A DNA stretch of 64,000 bases from an uncultured Gemmatimonadales bacterium (GTDB lineage: Bacteria; Gemmatimonadota; Gemmatimonadetes; Gemmatimonadales; Gemmatimonadaceae), in the NCBI GenBank assembly GCA_963793305.1, contig CAWBZV010000004.1, positions 114,712-178,711 of the forward strand, written 5' to 3'. A program made the position numbers and the translations under genes. The first letter of the stretch is position 1. Each line of letters starts with the position of its first letter. Positions 39,001 to 50,820 of the stretch are shown here, one piece after another. The notes beneath the pieces are model-generated. The model did no database searches. It worked only from the letters and a program-made list of their open reading frames with translations, and was not told the DNA's origin.

Positions 39001-40969
39001 TGAACAAGGCGTCTCGGTCCGCGATCTCAATCTGTCGAACCGCTACGGCGGTATCATCGCCGTTCGCGCGACCGTCCCCAAATCCGGCCCGCTCTCGGCC
39101 CATGCCGATATCCAGCACCTGAACCTGGGGGAGCTGATCGCGCTCTTCGAGAGCAAGCTCCTCATGCGCGGCGAGCTCTCGACCACGATCGATGCGAGCG
39201 GCACCACGCACAGGCCACAAGTGACCGGCAGCCTGGCATTCATCAATGGCACCTACAACGGCGTGCCAGTGCCGGATCTCCGCACACGCTTCCAGTACGA
39301 TACCACCCTCCTCTCGGCACACGCCGAGCTGGCGACCAACATCGGACCATCACCAGGCCGGGTGTTCATGGTCGCCGACGGGCACGTGCCGATCGATCTC
39401 GCCCTCGACCACGACACGACCTCGCGTATCCCATCCGACGGGCCGCTCGCGCTCACGGTCAAAGCGGACAGCATGCCGCTCGAGCTCCTCCCGGATCTGG
39501 TCACGAGCGTACAGGACGTCCATGGTCTCGCGATAGCGGATCTCACCATGAGCGGCACGCTCAACAAGCCGGTCGCGAACGGCCGGATCTCGCTCGCGCG
39601 CGGCACCTTGCTCCTCCCGGTGATCAACATCCGGCTGACCGACATGGCTGGCGCGATCCGCGTGGCGCACGATTCGCTCACCATTGATTCGCTGGTGGCG
39701 ACGAGCCAGGGCAAGATGAAAGTGCAGGGGATGGTCGACCTGACCGATCCCGAGGCGCTGCCGGTCGACATCAGCATTACCGGCAACGATCTGCGCATCA
39801 TGAACACCAAGGAGTACGGCTGGGCGGTCATCGACGACTCGCTCACGCTCGGCGGCTCGCTCCGCGCCCTGAGCCTCTCCAAACCCACCGCGCGCCTCGT
39901 CCTCGGCGGAAAGGTCGACTTGACCGACGGCGTGTTCTACGCCCCCGAAGCCGGCGCGCCGACGCCGATCGATCTCGGCGATCCGACGGTCTACAAGATC
40001 GCCGACACGACGGACCAGGCCACGAAGAATCTCATCCCCAGGCCGAACACGCTGACGCAGCGCATCCTGGCCGATGTCGATGTGAGCGTCGAGCCACAGG
40101 TGTGGGTGCGCAACAAGGAAGCCAACGTCGAGATCTATACCGACGGCCCGCTCACGCTGCACGTCGACTCGCGGCGCAATCGCCTCGTGCTCGACGGCGT
40201 GGCGGCGACCGAGCGCGGGCAGTACACGTACTTCAGCAAGCGCTTCCAGATCACCAAGGGGACGGCGACGTTCATCGGCACGCCCGACTTGAATCCCACG
40301 GTACAGGCGACCGCGGTCTATCCCGTCAGCGTGCCCGGGCGCGAGCCGGTCAACATTCAGATCAACATCGGCGGCACGGCGAAGACACCGACCGTCGCCT
40401 TGACCAGCGACGCGCAGCCGCCCCTCTCGCAGTCCGACCTCATCTCCTACCTGGCGTTCGGCTCATTGACCGCATCACTGCTCCCGTCGAGCACCGCCGG
40501 CGGCGGCGGCACCGGCGCGGGCGCGAGCGGCCTCCCGATCGGCGAAGCCGCGGCTTACGTCCAGCAGCAGCTCGCCAGCGTGGCGATCGGCACGTTCACC
40601 GAATCCTTGCAGGGCGACATTGCGCGCACGCTCGACGCCGACGTCTTCAACATCACGAACAACTCGAACACGCCGATCCAGTTCTCGCAGGCCGGCGCGC
40701 AAGACTTCCTCGCGTCGACCCGCATCGAGTTCGGGAAGTACTGGGACCCGCAGACCTACTTCGCGATCCAAGCCTCCCCACTCTCCTGGAACATCAGCCC
40801 GCCCGGCGCGCTCGTGCAGCGCCGCTTCGGACAGCGGACCTCGATTCTGGCGACGTTCCAGCCGTACTTCTTGCTGCAGCAGCCGACGTTGACACCGCTG
40901 TCCACGACGAGCGGCATCACCCCGACCCCGGTCTTCGGGCTGTTCCTGCTCCGCGACTGGCGCTGGTAA
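36001..40969 (+). CDS. TamB/AsmA-like translocation and assembly module protein, split by a frameshift near 37850-37970
   Basis: N-terminal TM anchor, long beta-rich body, TamB-like C-terminus (RFQITKG, LNP, IGGT..P, LSQSDLISYL, EFGKY); directly follows the Omp85 gene. Confidence 0.82.
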
Positions 40970-40975
40970 AGTATA

Positions 40976-40990
40976 CCTAGCTAGCTTAGG
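40976..40990 (+). promoter_or_regulatory. Putative PadR operator
   Basis: CCTA-N7-TAGG palindrome immediately before padR. Confidence 0.45.
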
Positions 40991-40994
40991 AAGC

Positions 40995-41333
40995 ATGGGC
41001 GCGCGTAAAAATGACGTGCTGCAAGGCACGCTGGCCTTGCTGGTCCTCCGCACGCTGGCCTCGGGGAAGCCGATGCACGGCTACGCGATCACCGCGCACA
41101 TCCAACGCCGTTCCGATCAGTTGCTGCGCGTCGAGGAAGGCTCGCTGTACCCGGCGCTGCACCGCATGGAGCAAGAGGGTTGGGTCCAAGCGGAATGGGG
41201 AACGACCGACAAGAACCGCGAGGCGCGGTTTTACACGCTGACGGCCAAGGGTCGTGGCCAGCTCGCCGCGGAGCGGGAGAGCTGGAATCGGCTGACGACT
41301 GGCGTCGCTCGCGTATTGCGTGGGATGGCGTAA
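40995..41333 (+). CDS. PadR family transcriptional regulator
   Basis: LQGTL.LLVL, HGYAI, EEGSLYPALHRME, NREARFYTLT..GR. Confidence 0.93.
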   Translation: MGARKNDVLQGTLALLVLRTLASGKPMHGYAITAHIQRRSDQLLRVEEGSLYPALHRMEQEGWVQAEWGTTDKNREARFYTLTAKGRGQLAAERESWNRLTTGVARVLRGMA

Positions 41334-41338
41334 GGCGT

Positions 41339-43924
41339 ATGGCGTGGATCGATCGGCTGTGGAATGTGCTCAGGCCCGCTCGCTTGCGTCGCGAGCTCGA
41401 TCGCGAGCTAGAGTTTCATCTGGCCGAGCGCGCCGATGCGCTGGAAGCGGAGGGCTTGAGCGCGGACGAGGCGAGTCGCGTCGCTCGCCAACGGCTCGGC
41501 AACTATCTCTTGCAACGCGAGCGAACGCGCGATGAGGATGTGAGTCAGCGGGTAGACAATGCGCTCCGGAACCTGCGGCTCGCCGTGCGGGCGCTGGCGA
41601 GGGCACCGGGATTTACCGCGACGGTGGTCGCGACGCTGGCCCTCGGCATCGGCGCCAACAGCACGGTCTTCTCGGCAATCGATGCCGTGCTCCTGCGGCC
41701 CTTGCCGTTCCCGAACGCCGATCGATTGGTGACGCTGACGCAGATTGATCGCAAAGCATCGCAGTCGTTCGTCGCGCCGGTGCGGCTGGCCGACTGGGAT
41801 CGGATGAACTCGACGTTTCAGGCCATCTCGGGGTACTACACGCAGGACGAGTCCGAAGTCTCGGGCACGTTTCCGGAGATGGTCACGCGGGCGTTCGTCG
41901 CGCCGCGTTTCCTGGAAGTCTGGGGCGTGGCGCCCGTCATCGGTCGGGATTTCTCACCGGCCGAGGAACAGAACAACGGACCGCCCGCGGTCATCATCAG
42001 CGACGGCCTCTGGCGCCGGCGTTTTCACGCCGATCCGCGCGCCATCGGCGCGATCCTCCACTTCGCGCACTCCTCCGCGCCCATCGTCGGCGTCATGCCG
42101 GCGTCGTTCCGGTTTCCCGTGCGTGGCGTGGACCTCTGGTCACCGAGCCTGTTCGCCAGGAGTCGGGACATCACGTGGTACACGGCCGTCGGGCGGCTCA
42201 AGCCGGGCGTCACGGTCGACCAAGCGCGCGCGAATCTCGCATCCGTGCAGGCCGAGCTGGGCCGCGAATTTCCCAAGCCCGATGCCGAGATCACGTGCGC
42301 CATCGAGCCGCTCAAAGAAGCGACCATCGCTGGCGTCAGAGGCAGCCTCTGGATGGTGTTCGGCGCCGTATCGCTGTTGTTGCTCATCGCGTGCACGAAC
42401 GTGGCGGCGTTGCTGCTCTCGCGAACGGCGGCCCGGCGGCAGGAAATCGCGCTGCGAGTCTCGATGGGCGCATCGCGCGGGTCGGTGGCGTGGCTGCTGC
42501 TCGCTGAGGTCTCGCTCCTCGCGTTGGTCGGAGCGGCGCTGGGACTGGGATTGGCGGGGGCCAGCTTGGCGCTCCTGCGGACCGTGACCCGGAACCTGCC
42601 GCAAGTCGCGGACATCACGCTCGACTGGCGGATCGTCCTCTACTCCCTGGCGTGTGCTCTCGTCGCGATCGTCGTCTGCGGAATCGCGCCGGTGTCGCAA
42701 GCGAATCAAGAGCTCGCCCAGTCAGCCCGGGCCACGCGCGCATCCGGCGGTCGTCGCGCACACGCCGGTCTCGTCGGCGTGCAGGTCGCGCTGGCGGTGA
42801 CGCTCCTCGCGGGCGCGGCGCTGCTCGTCAGGAGCTTCCAGGCACTATCGCGGGTGGCACCGGGCTTCGATCCCGACAGCGTCCTGGTGTTTCAGATGAC
42901 CGCTTCGTGGGATGAGACGGCGGATCCCGCCAAAGCCCAGCAACGCGCGGACCGGATTCTCGAGCGGTTGCAGTCCCTGCCGGGCATCGAAGCGGCAGCA
43001 GGCGTCACCGGCCTCCCGGGGATCCCGAGCGACTATCAACTGGAGCTGGAGTCGCGGGAGCCGCGCGCCGCGTCCGAGCCCAAGATCATTGCCCAGGCTC
43101 GTATCGTGTCACCTGAGTATTTCGCCACGTTGCGCATCCCGCTCCTTGCCGGAGATCTCTGCCGCGAGCAGGGCGCGGGCATGACGAACATGACCATGAT
43201 GGTCAATCGCGCGTTCGCCAACGCGTACTTCCGCGGAACGTCTCCGATCGGGCACCATCTCTCGCAACCCGGGAACATCTACGTTCCGTCGAGCGAAGTG
43301 CGCGGCGTCGTGGGCGACGCGCGCGAGATGGGGTTGGATCGCCAACCGGTTCCGACGGTCTACTGGTGTGCCGCGTTCTTTCAACCCGGGACGCATTTCC
43401 TCGTGCGCGTGCGCGGCGACCCCGGACCGGTCGCCCCGGCGATCCGTACGGCGATCCACGAGATCGAGCCGACTAGGTCGGTCTACGACGTGGCGCCGCT
43501 GGCCGACCAGATCGCCGACGCCTACGCGACGAACCGCCTGCGGATGATCCTGCTCTCCTGCTTTGCCTCGCTGGCGATGCTGCTCGCCTGTGTCGGGCTG
43601 TACGGAACGATCAGCTACAGCGTCAACGTCCGGCGCGGCGAGATCGGCTTACGGATGGCCCTGGGCGCGGTGCGCGAGCGGATCATTCGGCAATTCCTGT
43701 CGCAAGGGCTCGTGGTCTCGGGCCTCGGATGCGCGGTCGGCATCGCGTTGGCGCTGGCGCTCACGCGATTCCTCTCCGGCATGCTCTACGGCGTCTCGGC
43801 GACCGATCCGGCGACGCTGGCCGGCGTGGTGGTCATCGTGCTCTTGGTCTCCCTGATGGCGTCGCTCGTTCCGGCTATTCGCGCTTCGCGCGTGGAGCCG
43901 ATGCAGGTGTTGCGGGCAGACTGA
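41339..43924 (+). CDS. ADOP/MacB-like duplicated ABC permease
   Basis: ELEFHL, LALGIGANSTVFS, LLIACTNVA, QVALA, EIGLRMALGA, PAIRASRVEPMQVLR. Confidence 0.92.
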   Translation: MAWIDRLWNVLRPARLRRELDRELEFHLAERADALEAEGLSADEASRVARQRLGNYLLQRERTRDEDVSQRVDNALRNLRLAVRALARAPGFTATVVATLALGIGANSTVFSAIDAVLLRPLPFPNADRLVTLTQIDRKASQSFVAPVRLADWDRMNSTFQAISGYYTQDESEVSGTFPEMVTRAFVAPRFLEVWGVAPVIGRDFSPAEEQNNGPPAVIISDGLWRRRFHADPRAIGAILHFAHSSAPIVGVMPASFRFPVRGVDLWSPSLFARSRDITWYTAVGRLKPGVTVDQARANLASVQAELGREFPKPDAEITCAIEPLKEATIAGVRGSLWMVFGAVSLLLLIACTNVAALLLSRTAARRQEIALRVSMGASRGSVAWLLLAEVSLLALVGAALGLGLAGASLALLRTVTRNLPQVADITLDWRIVLYSLACALVAIVVCGIAPVSQANQELAQSARATRASGGRRAHAGLVGVQVALAVTLLAGAALLVRSFQALSRVAPGFDPDSVLVFQMTASWDETADPAKAQQRADRILERLQSLPGIEAAAGVTGLPGIPSDYQLELESREPRAASEPKIIAQARIVSPEYFATLRIPLLAGDLCREQGAGMTNMTMMVNRAFANAYFRGTSPIGHHLSQPGNIYVPSSEVRGVVGDAREMGLDRQPVPTVYWCAAFFQPGTHFLVRVRGDPGPVAPAIRTAIHEIEPTRSVYDVAPLADQIADAYATNRLRMILLSCFASLAMLLACVGLYGTISYSVNVRRGEIGLRMALGAVRERIIRQFLSQGLVVSGLGCAVGIALALALTRFLSGMLYGVSATDPATLAGVVVIVLLVSLMASLVPAIRASRVEPMQVLRAD

Positions 43925-44333
43925 GCCGCTCCATGACCTCGGCCGCACGGCCGAGCAGATCTTGATCGTCGGCGCTCAAGTCCGCCACGCGCGCGGTGAG
44001 CGCAGCCACACGCCGCGCGCGCGCGTTCATGAGCAGCTTGGTCCCCTTGGCCGTCGCGCGAATGCGAATGGCGCGCCCGTCCGACGGATCGTCGCGCCGC
44101 ACCACCAGGCCATCGCCTTCGAGCCCATCGACCAGTCGCGTCATCGTGGGCGGCGTCACGCCTTCGGCCGCGGCCAGATCGCGGAGGGTGATCGGCCCGG
44201 CGAAGACGACGACGGAGAGGGCCGAGAGCCGGGGCGCGGTCAGGCCACTGGTCTCATCCTCGCGGCGAACCAGCCGCAGCACATGGATCGCCGCGGAGTG
44301 CAGCCGGTCGGCAACCCGTTCCTCTTGCGTCAT
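43875..44333 (-). CDS. MarR family transcriptional regulator
   Basis: GLTAPRLSAL, LAAAEGVTPPTMTRLVDGLE..LV.R..DPSDGR. Confidence 0.9.
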   Translation of the reverse strand: MTQEERVADRLHSAAIHVLRLVRREDETSGLTAPRLSALSVVVFAGPITLRDLAAAEGVTPPTMTRLVDGLEGDGLVVRRDDPSDGRAIRIRATAKGTKLLMNARARRVAALTARVADLSADDQDLLGRAAEVMERLSLPATPASAPRAKRE

Positions 44334-44342
44334 TGCATAATA

Positions 44343-44359
44343 TTAGTTAGCCTAACTAA
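44343..44359. promoter_or_regulatory. Perfect inverted repeat, likely MarR operator
   Basis: TTAGTTAG-C-CTAACTAA in the 28-bp gap between divergent marR and VOC genes. Confidence 0.7.
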
Positions 44360-44361
44360 CT

Positions 44362-44725
44362 ATGATCAACCATTGACGCAAGTGGCGGTCGTCGTTCAGG
44401 ACCTCGACCGCGCCGTGCGGTTCTACCGGGACACGCTGGGACTGAAATTTCTCTTCCAGGCGCCGCCGGGCTTGGCGTTCTTCGACCTGAGCGGCGTGCG
44501 ACTCATGCTCGACCAGCCGTCCGAGCCGCTGCCGACCGGCGTCGGTACGTCGATCCTCGACTACGGCGTCGACGACATCCAGGCCCAGCACACCACCCTC
44601 GTCGGGCGCGGCTGAAGTTCGAGGAACCGCCACACCGCATCGCCTCGCTCGGCGACCGCGATATCTGGATGGGCGCGTTCCGCGACAGCGAAGGGATATG
44701 CTCGCTCTCACGAGCGAGGTGCGTC
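44362..44725 (+). CDS. VOC/glyoxalase family protein, frameshifted
   Basis: QVAVVVQDLDRAVRFYRDTLGL, LAFFDLSGVRLML, WMGAFRDSEG. Confidence 0.8.
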
Positions 44726-46110
44726 ACCCTTCCCCATCTGTCCCACAGCGTAGCGACCGCCCGCATCCCGAGCTCGAAGTTCTCGACGCTCATCGACTCG
44801 TCGGGCGCGTGCGCGTTGTCGCCCGGGAGCCGAAGCCCATGAGCAGGACGGGCGCGCCGAGTGTGCGCACGAAGTCGTCGACGACCGGGATCGAGCCGCC
44901 CTCGCCTTGCACGACGGGCTCGCGGTGAAACGCCGCCGCCAGCGCCCGTCTTCGCGGCGTCGAACACCGGCCCGTCGACTTCGCTCTCCAGGGGCGGCCG
45001 CCATGCAGTTGTTGGATCGTGACGCGTACTCGGCCGGCGCGACGCGCTGTACGTGTTCCCGCATCGAACGTCCGACCGTCTCGGGATCCTGATCGGGAAC
45101 AAGGCGGCAACTGACTTTGGCCATCGCCTTCGCTGGGAGCACAGTCGGCGCCCTCCCCGGTGTAGCCACTCAGTAGCCCGTTGATCTCGCATGTAGGCCG
45201 CGTCCAGATCCGTTCTAATGTCGAATATCCAGACTCGCCACCGAGCGCAGGAGCGCCGATGTCACGCGAAACGACGCCTCGTCAATGGCAACTGACGGAT
45301 TTCAGCGCGAGCCGAGGCTTCCCAGTCCCGGACTTTGTCGTAGAAGCCGGGATCGCAACGTATCCGTTCGCACATCCCGGTGGAACGTCGCGATAATCCG
45401 CGCCAGCGCCGTCGCGGGGTTGACACTGCGCCGCCATACATCCCCGAGTGCAAATCCTGCGCAGGTCCTTGCACGTCGATCTGGCAGTACGCGATCCGCG
45501 CAGAGACGAGAGGATGGACAGCGCAAGGCCCGGCGCGAACATCGCCCTGAATCGGAGATGACGACCGCGTCGCACTTGAGCCGCTCGGCGTGCGCCTCAC
45601 GCACGGCGCGAGATGGGTCGCTCCCGACCTCTTCTTCGCCTCGGCTGAGGACGACGATGCTGCCACGGAGAGGCCACGCACGACGAGGTGCGCCTCGAGC
45701 GCCTTGACGTGCGCGAACAACTGCCCTTTGTCGTCGACCGATCCGCGCGCGAAGATCTTGCCGTCGCGCACCGTCGGCTCGAACGGCGGCGATGCTCCAG
45801 AGCTCGAGCGGCTCGGCCGGTTGCACGTCGTATGCCCGTACACGAGCACCGTCGGCTTGCTTGGCCCGCGCCACGCCACTCGGCCAGCACGGACGGGATG
45901 GCCGGGCGTCGGCATCACCTCGGTCGTGCCAGCCCGGCCTTGCTCATGACGACGGACAGGCCACTCCGCCGCGCGCCGGGTGTCGCCATTGTGCTCGGAT
46001 TGGCGCTGACGGACGGGATCCTCAAGAAATCGAACAGCTCGCGCTCATGTCCCGGCGACTGGCCAGAAGTACGTGTCGAGATCGCGGGGGACAGTCGGAG
46101 ACGTGGTCAT
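44724..46110 (-). CDS. M20 family dipeptidase (ArgE/DapE-like), many frameshifts
   Basis: FLRIPSVSA, VLVYGH, ARGSVDDKGQ, DLHSGMYGG, SCRLVPDQDP, GGSIP, NAHAPDE across frames. Confidence 0.82.
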
Positions 46111-46119
46111 GTCGAGGAA

Positions 46120-47581
46120 TTTATAAGCGAGCGCGGGAGCGCGGGGTCCCCCGCGATCCATCCGGCGCACGTCCAGATCCGCCGCGCGCCGATCACCTCG
46201 CGCCCACGCCGAGGTCGACCGTATCGCCGCGCGCCATCAGAGACAATGTGGCAAGCGCGCGACGATCGCGTCCGGTGTGTGGCTCTCTCGCGGGACGCAC
46301 GCAGAGCACCTGATCACCCGCGGCGACGCGGGCCCGCTCGGAGAGCTGCGGCCAGAGATCGTACTCGTTCGGCCGGCCACCGATGTTCAACGAGAGACCG
46401 CCGGGTGATTGTTCAGATGGAACGCCAGTTCGGCCGCGTCGAGTACCGGTTCGTCGCGATCGGCCCCTGTCGCACGCCATCGATCTCGCGCGCCGGAGCG
46501 ACGCCCATTCGGCGCCCTGCGCGGTCGGGTCTCTTCGGGCCGGGAGCGGCAAGAATGGGACGATCACCTGAGCGTAGATGGCCGCAACTAACACCATCCC
46601 CAGCGCCAGCCCGGCCTTCTCCCATCGCGTCGTGATCGCCCTCTCAGCTCCCCAGACATTCGTGCCCGCCAGCACGGCCGGCGCCAGCCAATTCGGCTCG
46701 ACGGGATCGTCTGGCGGCACTGTAGACAAAAAAGGCCGCGATAAACGCAGCGACGCCCGCGACAATAAACTCTCTCGACGGCGCCACCCGTCGTAACGCA
46801 CGTGCGACCGCGATGCTGATCAGGATAAAGAGAGATCGGCGAGACCAACCCGAGTTGCCCACCGAGTAGCGACACTCGCGGTTGAAGACGTTGCTGTGCC
46901 CCTTGGGGGCAGCCGGAGTTGTAACTGAAACCGAAAAGAGATCCAACGATGCCCAGCATTCCATAACACGACCGGCAAGAACACCACCGCCGCGACGAGT
47001 ATGGCGACATACGGCCCAGGCCGCCGCCATTGCTCGCGCGAACGTGCGGGCTCCAACGCCAGCGCGATGCCGACGCCGAACAAGACAGCGGTGTACTTCG
47101 ACTCGAGACCGCAGCCGAGCGCGAGACCCGCCGCGGCCCACCAGGCGATCGGCCGGGTCGAGCTCGAGCGCCATGATCGACCATGAGAAGCCCGAGGCCA
47201 GGGTACGCCAATAGCGCGCCGTCCAGGCGTGGCAAGCACGAGTCCGGCACCCGCGAGCGGCATCGCCAGTACCGCCCATGCGGCTCGCTGCGCAGCGACC
47301 GCACCACCGAATCGTTGCGCAAGCGCCACCGCGGCCACCGTCGCGATCGTCCCAACGAGCACGGCAACGCACCGCACGCCGAACGGCGTGTTGCCGGCAA
47401 TTAGCGTCCCGGCACGAATCAGAACCGCGATCGCCGCGGGATGATCGAAGTATCCCGCCGCCAAATGCCGCGACCACTCCCAATAGTACGCCTCGTCCGG
47501 AACGATCGGCACGATCGCTGCCATAACTAATCGCAGTACGCCCGCGAGCCCCAAGATCCACCACGCGGTGTTGTCTGTCAC
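46120..47581 (-). CDS. ArnT/GT39-like membrane glycosyltransferase, many frameshifts
   Basis: PDEAYYWEWSRHLAAGYFDHP, SKYTAVL, PVVLWNA.H.WISFRFQ. Confidence 0.78.
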
Positions 47582-47596
47582 GGTCGGGAGGCCTCT

Positions 47597-48669
47597 GTGT
47601 CTTGGCGTTTGTCTGTATGCGTTCTGGTGTCGCTCGCCATCGGTTGCTCGGACGGCACGAGTCCGCTGACCCGCCCACACTCACCCTCGAAGTTGTCGGC
47701 CTCTGTGCCGGTCGACTCGACGATCAGCGTCCTGTCGCACCCAATATGGACGGCAACAACGTTAGAGTGCACCGGGAGTCGACCAGTATGACGTGATCAC
47801 CATTACGGCGACGACGGGCTCGACCTGCAGGTTGTCGCTCGCGCCGGGCGATCAGAGTACTTGACACGCCGCCCGGGTTCCAGCCGGGCAATTTCTTTTT
47901 CGATCCACGCCGGGATCAACACCGGCGGGCAAGTGGTGGGCGGCGGATTGCTGGATCGACCACGTCCCAGCGCGCATACATTGGTGGCACGGCGGCGGGA
48001 CGACACTGCTGCCGCCGGCGATCCCGCCATCCCCGAAGGGCCGCTCGGCTGCGGCGCATGGGCGAACAGCGACAGCGGCTACGTCGTCGGCACGTGCATG
48101 CCGGACGTGAGCTGGTTCCCACCGAGTGGGCCCGGGCGGCACGGTCATCAAGGAGGCGTGCTGCGGCGTGCTGACGGCGATCGCCGAGAATGAGTACCTC
48201 ACGGGATACGACTTGACGTTCGATCCTCCCATAGCGCTGAACTCTGGCCACCAGGTGCACGAACTACACGCTCATCGGCTTGAACGGCGGTCAGATGGAG
48301 CCGTCCTTGGGGTTGGCCGTCAACGACAGCGGCTGGGTCGCAGGCTGGGCATTCGTCTCGGGCACCGACACCGCCGCGCTGCTGTGGGTTCCGGACAACC
48401 CCAGCGTCCTGAGCCACCTCGGCGTCGCCACGGCGTCGACACGTGGGGCAGGCGTCGTCGGGTATCACCGCGATAGCGCCGCGGGCCGCCACCACCGGGC
48501 TTTTCTCTGGAATCTCGCGACCGGTGCGCACTTTCTGCCGGGACTCCCGGTGGCGGCGCGACGGCCGCCGTCGCCATCAACAACGTCAACCCGGAGAATC
48601 TCAGGCTGGGCCATCGACGCTCAGGGTCTCGAGCACGGCGGTATCTGGATTTCCAGGAGCAGGATCTAG
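47597..48669 (+). CDS. Exported HAF-repeat-like protein, frameshifted (ends approximate)
   Basis: Lipoprotein-like LAIGC; repeats [36 protein letters not shown]. Confidence 0.55.
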
Positions 48670-48689
48670 CGCGACAGCCAACTGCGGTC

Positions 48690-50073
48690 ATGGCGAACCG
48701 GCTGGCCCTCGAAACGATCCGTATCTCCGGCAGCACGCCGATGACCCCGTCGACTGGTACGCCTGGTCGCCCGAGGCGTTCGAGCGCGCTCGCCGGGAGG
48801 ACAAGCCGATCCTCCTCTCCGTCGGCTACGCCGCGTGCCATTGGTGCCACGTGATGGCGCACGAGTCGTTCGAGGACACGGCGACCGCCGCGATCATGAA
48901 CGAGCAGTTCGTCAACATCAAAGTCGACCGCGAGGAGCGGCCCGACGTCGACGGCATCTGCATGCAGGCCGTGCAGGCGATGACGGGACATGGCGGATGG
49001 CTTGCCATCGACCATTACCTGACGCCGGCCGGCGAGCCGTTCTATGGCGGCACGTACTTCCGCCGCGCGATCGGCACGGATTGCCGGCGTTCACGCGCGT
49101 CCTCCGCTCGGTGTCCGAAGCCTATCGCTTGCGCCGCGGGGGGAGGCTCGAGAGAGCACGCGCCGGTTGCGCGGATTGTACGACGTGACTGGTGCGGCGG
49201 CCGTGGCGAGTGGCGAGATCCACGCCGGCACGCTGGACCGCGCGTACCAGAGCATCGCCGCGCGGTACGACGCGCGGTACGGTGGGTTGAGGGCGCGCCC
49301 AGAGCTTTCCGGAATGGCCATGGTGCTCGACTTCGCGCAGCGGCACGCACACCGCGCGGGTCATGCAACGCCGACCATCGCGCTGGAATCCTTCCGCCAC
49401 ATGGCGCGTGGCGGCATCTACGACCAACTCGGCGGCGAGTTCCATCGCTGTACCGTCGATGCCATCTGGCTCGCGGTGCCGCATTTCGAGAAAATGCTGT
49501 ACGACAACGCCCTCTTGGCCCGCCTCGGCGACTACACCTGTGGCAAGCCACCGGCGACGCCGAAGTGCGGGGCGCCACCGAACGGACGCTCGATTGGGTG
49601 GCGCGGGGAGATGACGGATCCGAATGGCGGATTCAACGCCGTCTCGACGCCGACTCTGCTGGGGGCGAAGGCACGTTCTACATCTGGACCGCCGACGAAA
49701 TCGACTCGATCCTGGGGCCGAAATACGCGCGGCGTTCAAGGCGTACTACGGCGTCACGGCGGAAGGGCAGTTTCAAGGCGCGAACATTCTCTTTGTCGCC
49801 ATGCCTGATGCATCGCCGCCCGTGACCGCCCGCGAGAAAGTGTTCGCTCTCCGCGCCAAACGTGAGCGTCCGGCGCGCCATGAAAAGATCCTCGCGTCCT
49901 GGAACGGCCTCATGCTGCGGGCGCTCGCTGACGCGGCCCGCGCGTTCGGCCGCGCCGATTATCACGCGCAGGCTGTGTCCAACGGGGAGTTTCTCGGCGC
50001 GAACCATGGTGCGCCCTGATGGGCGGCGTCATGCGGTCGCACGCGTTTGGCGTCACCAAGATCGATGGCTTTC
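48690..50073 (+). CDS. YyaL/SPATA20-like thioredoxin-domain protein, frameshifted and truncated at a sequence junction
   Basis: [73 protein letters not shown]. Confidence 0.88.
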
Positions 50074-50203
50074 CGTTCTCGTCCAGTTGATCCACGGCCA
50101 GGGCCTCCGCTGCTTCTTTCCTCACGTTCTCCGTTATGATAGTACACTATGGATAGCATGAGTGATAGGAACCGTGAACGCATGAGCGGGAAGGCGGCCC
50201 TGG

Positions 50204-50820
50204 GTGGCCATCGAGATGATGAGCTGGGTGCTCGACCCACTCACGGTCGAAGCCATGGCGCGCGGCTCGTCTCTGATCGCGGTGGCCAACTGCATGAACA
50301 CCCCGAACAGTTGGGCGCTGGCCGAGCAACAAGGAACTCCAGCGGCAAACCAACCTGACGGAGCGTGCCGTGCGCCTCGCCGTCGCTGAACTGATCGAGT
50401 TGGGCGAGTTGGTCGTTGACCTCAACTTCGGGACCGGGGGGCTGCAATCGCTACCGGGTGATCACCGCGGCTACCCCCCCGGCAGATTTTGCCCCCGGCA
50501 AAGATTGCCCCCCCGTATTTTCTGCCCCCCGGCAGGATTTGCCCCCCTCAGAGTCTGTGCAGCTTAACGGCCACACCCCGGCAAAGATTGCCCCCGGCAG
50601 GATTTGCCCCCGGGCAGGATCCCCCCCACCCCCCGGCAGAAAATGCCCCCCGGAACCGTAATAGAACCAAAAGAAAAGATCTCTCCTACGGAGAGATCTA
50701 CTCCCGCCGAAACCGGCGATAACTCCGCCCTTTTCGCTGCCGATGACAACGGAACCACCCCGAAGCCCAAGGCGAAGCGCGGACGTCCGGCAGGCCAGAA
50801 GGCATCCGATCCGCGCTTCG
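50204..50820 (+). CDS. Phage-type replication initiator (N-terminal HTH plus iteron-encoded linker), partial and frameshifted
   Basis: [46 protein letters not shown] followed by a repeat-encoded Pro-rich linker. Confidence 0.6.
50481..50650 (+). repeat. Iteron-like array, consensus GGCA-N5-TGCCCCC
   Basis: Six clear 16-bp copies at 50481, 50497, 50531, 50580, 50596, 50635 plus degenerate ones at ~50514 and ~50613. Confidence 0.85.

Noticed and set aside
50481..50650. Possible CRISPR array
   Set aside because: Units are 16 bp, often directly adjacent with no unique spacers, lie inside an ORF, and no cas genes are present.
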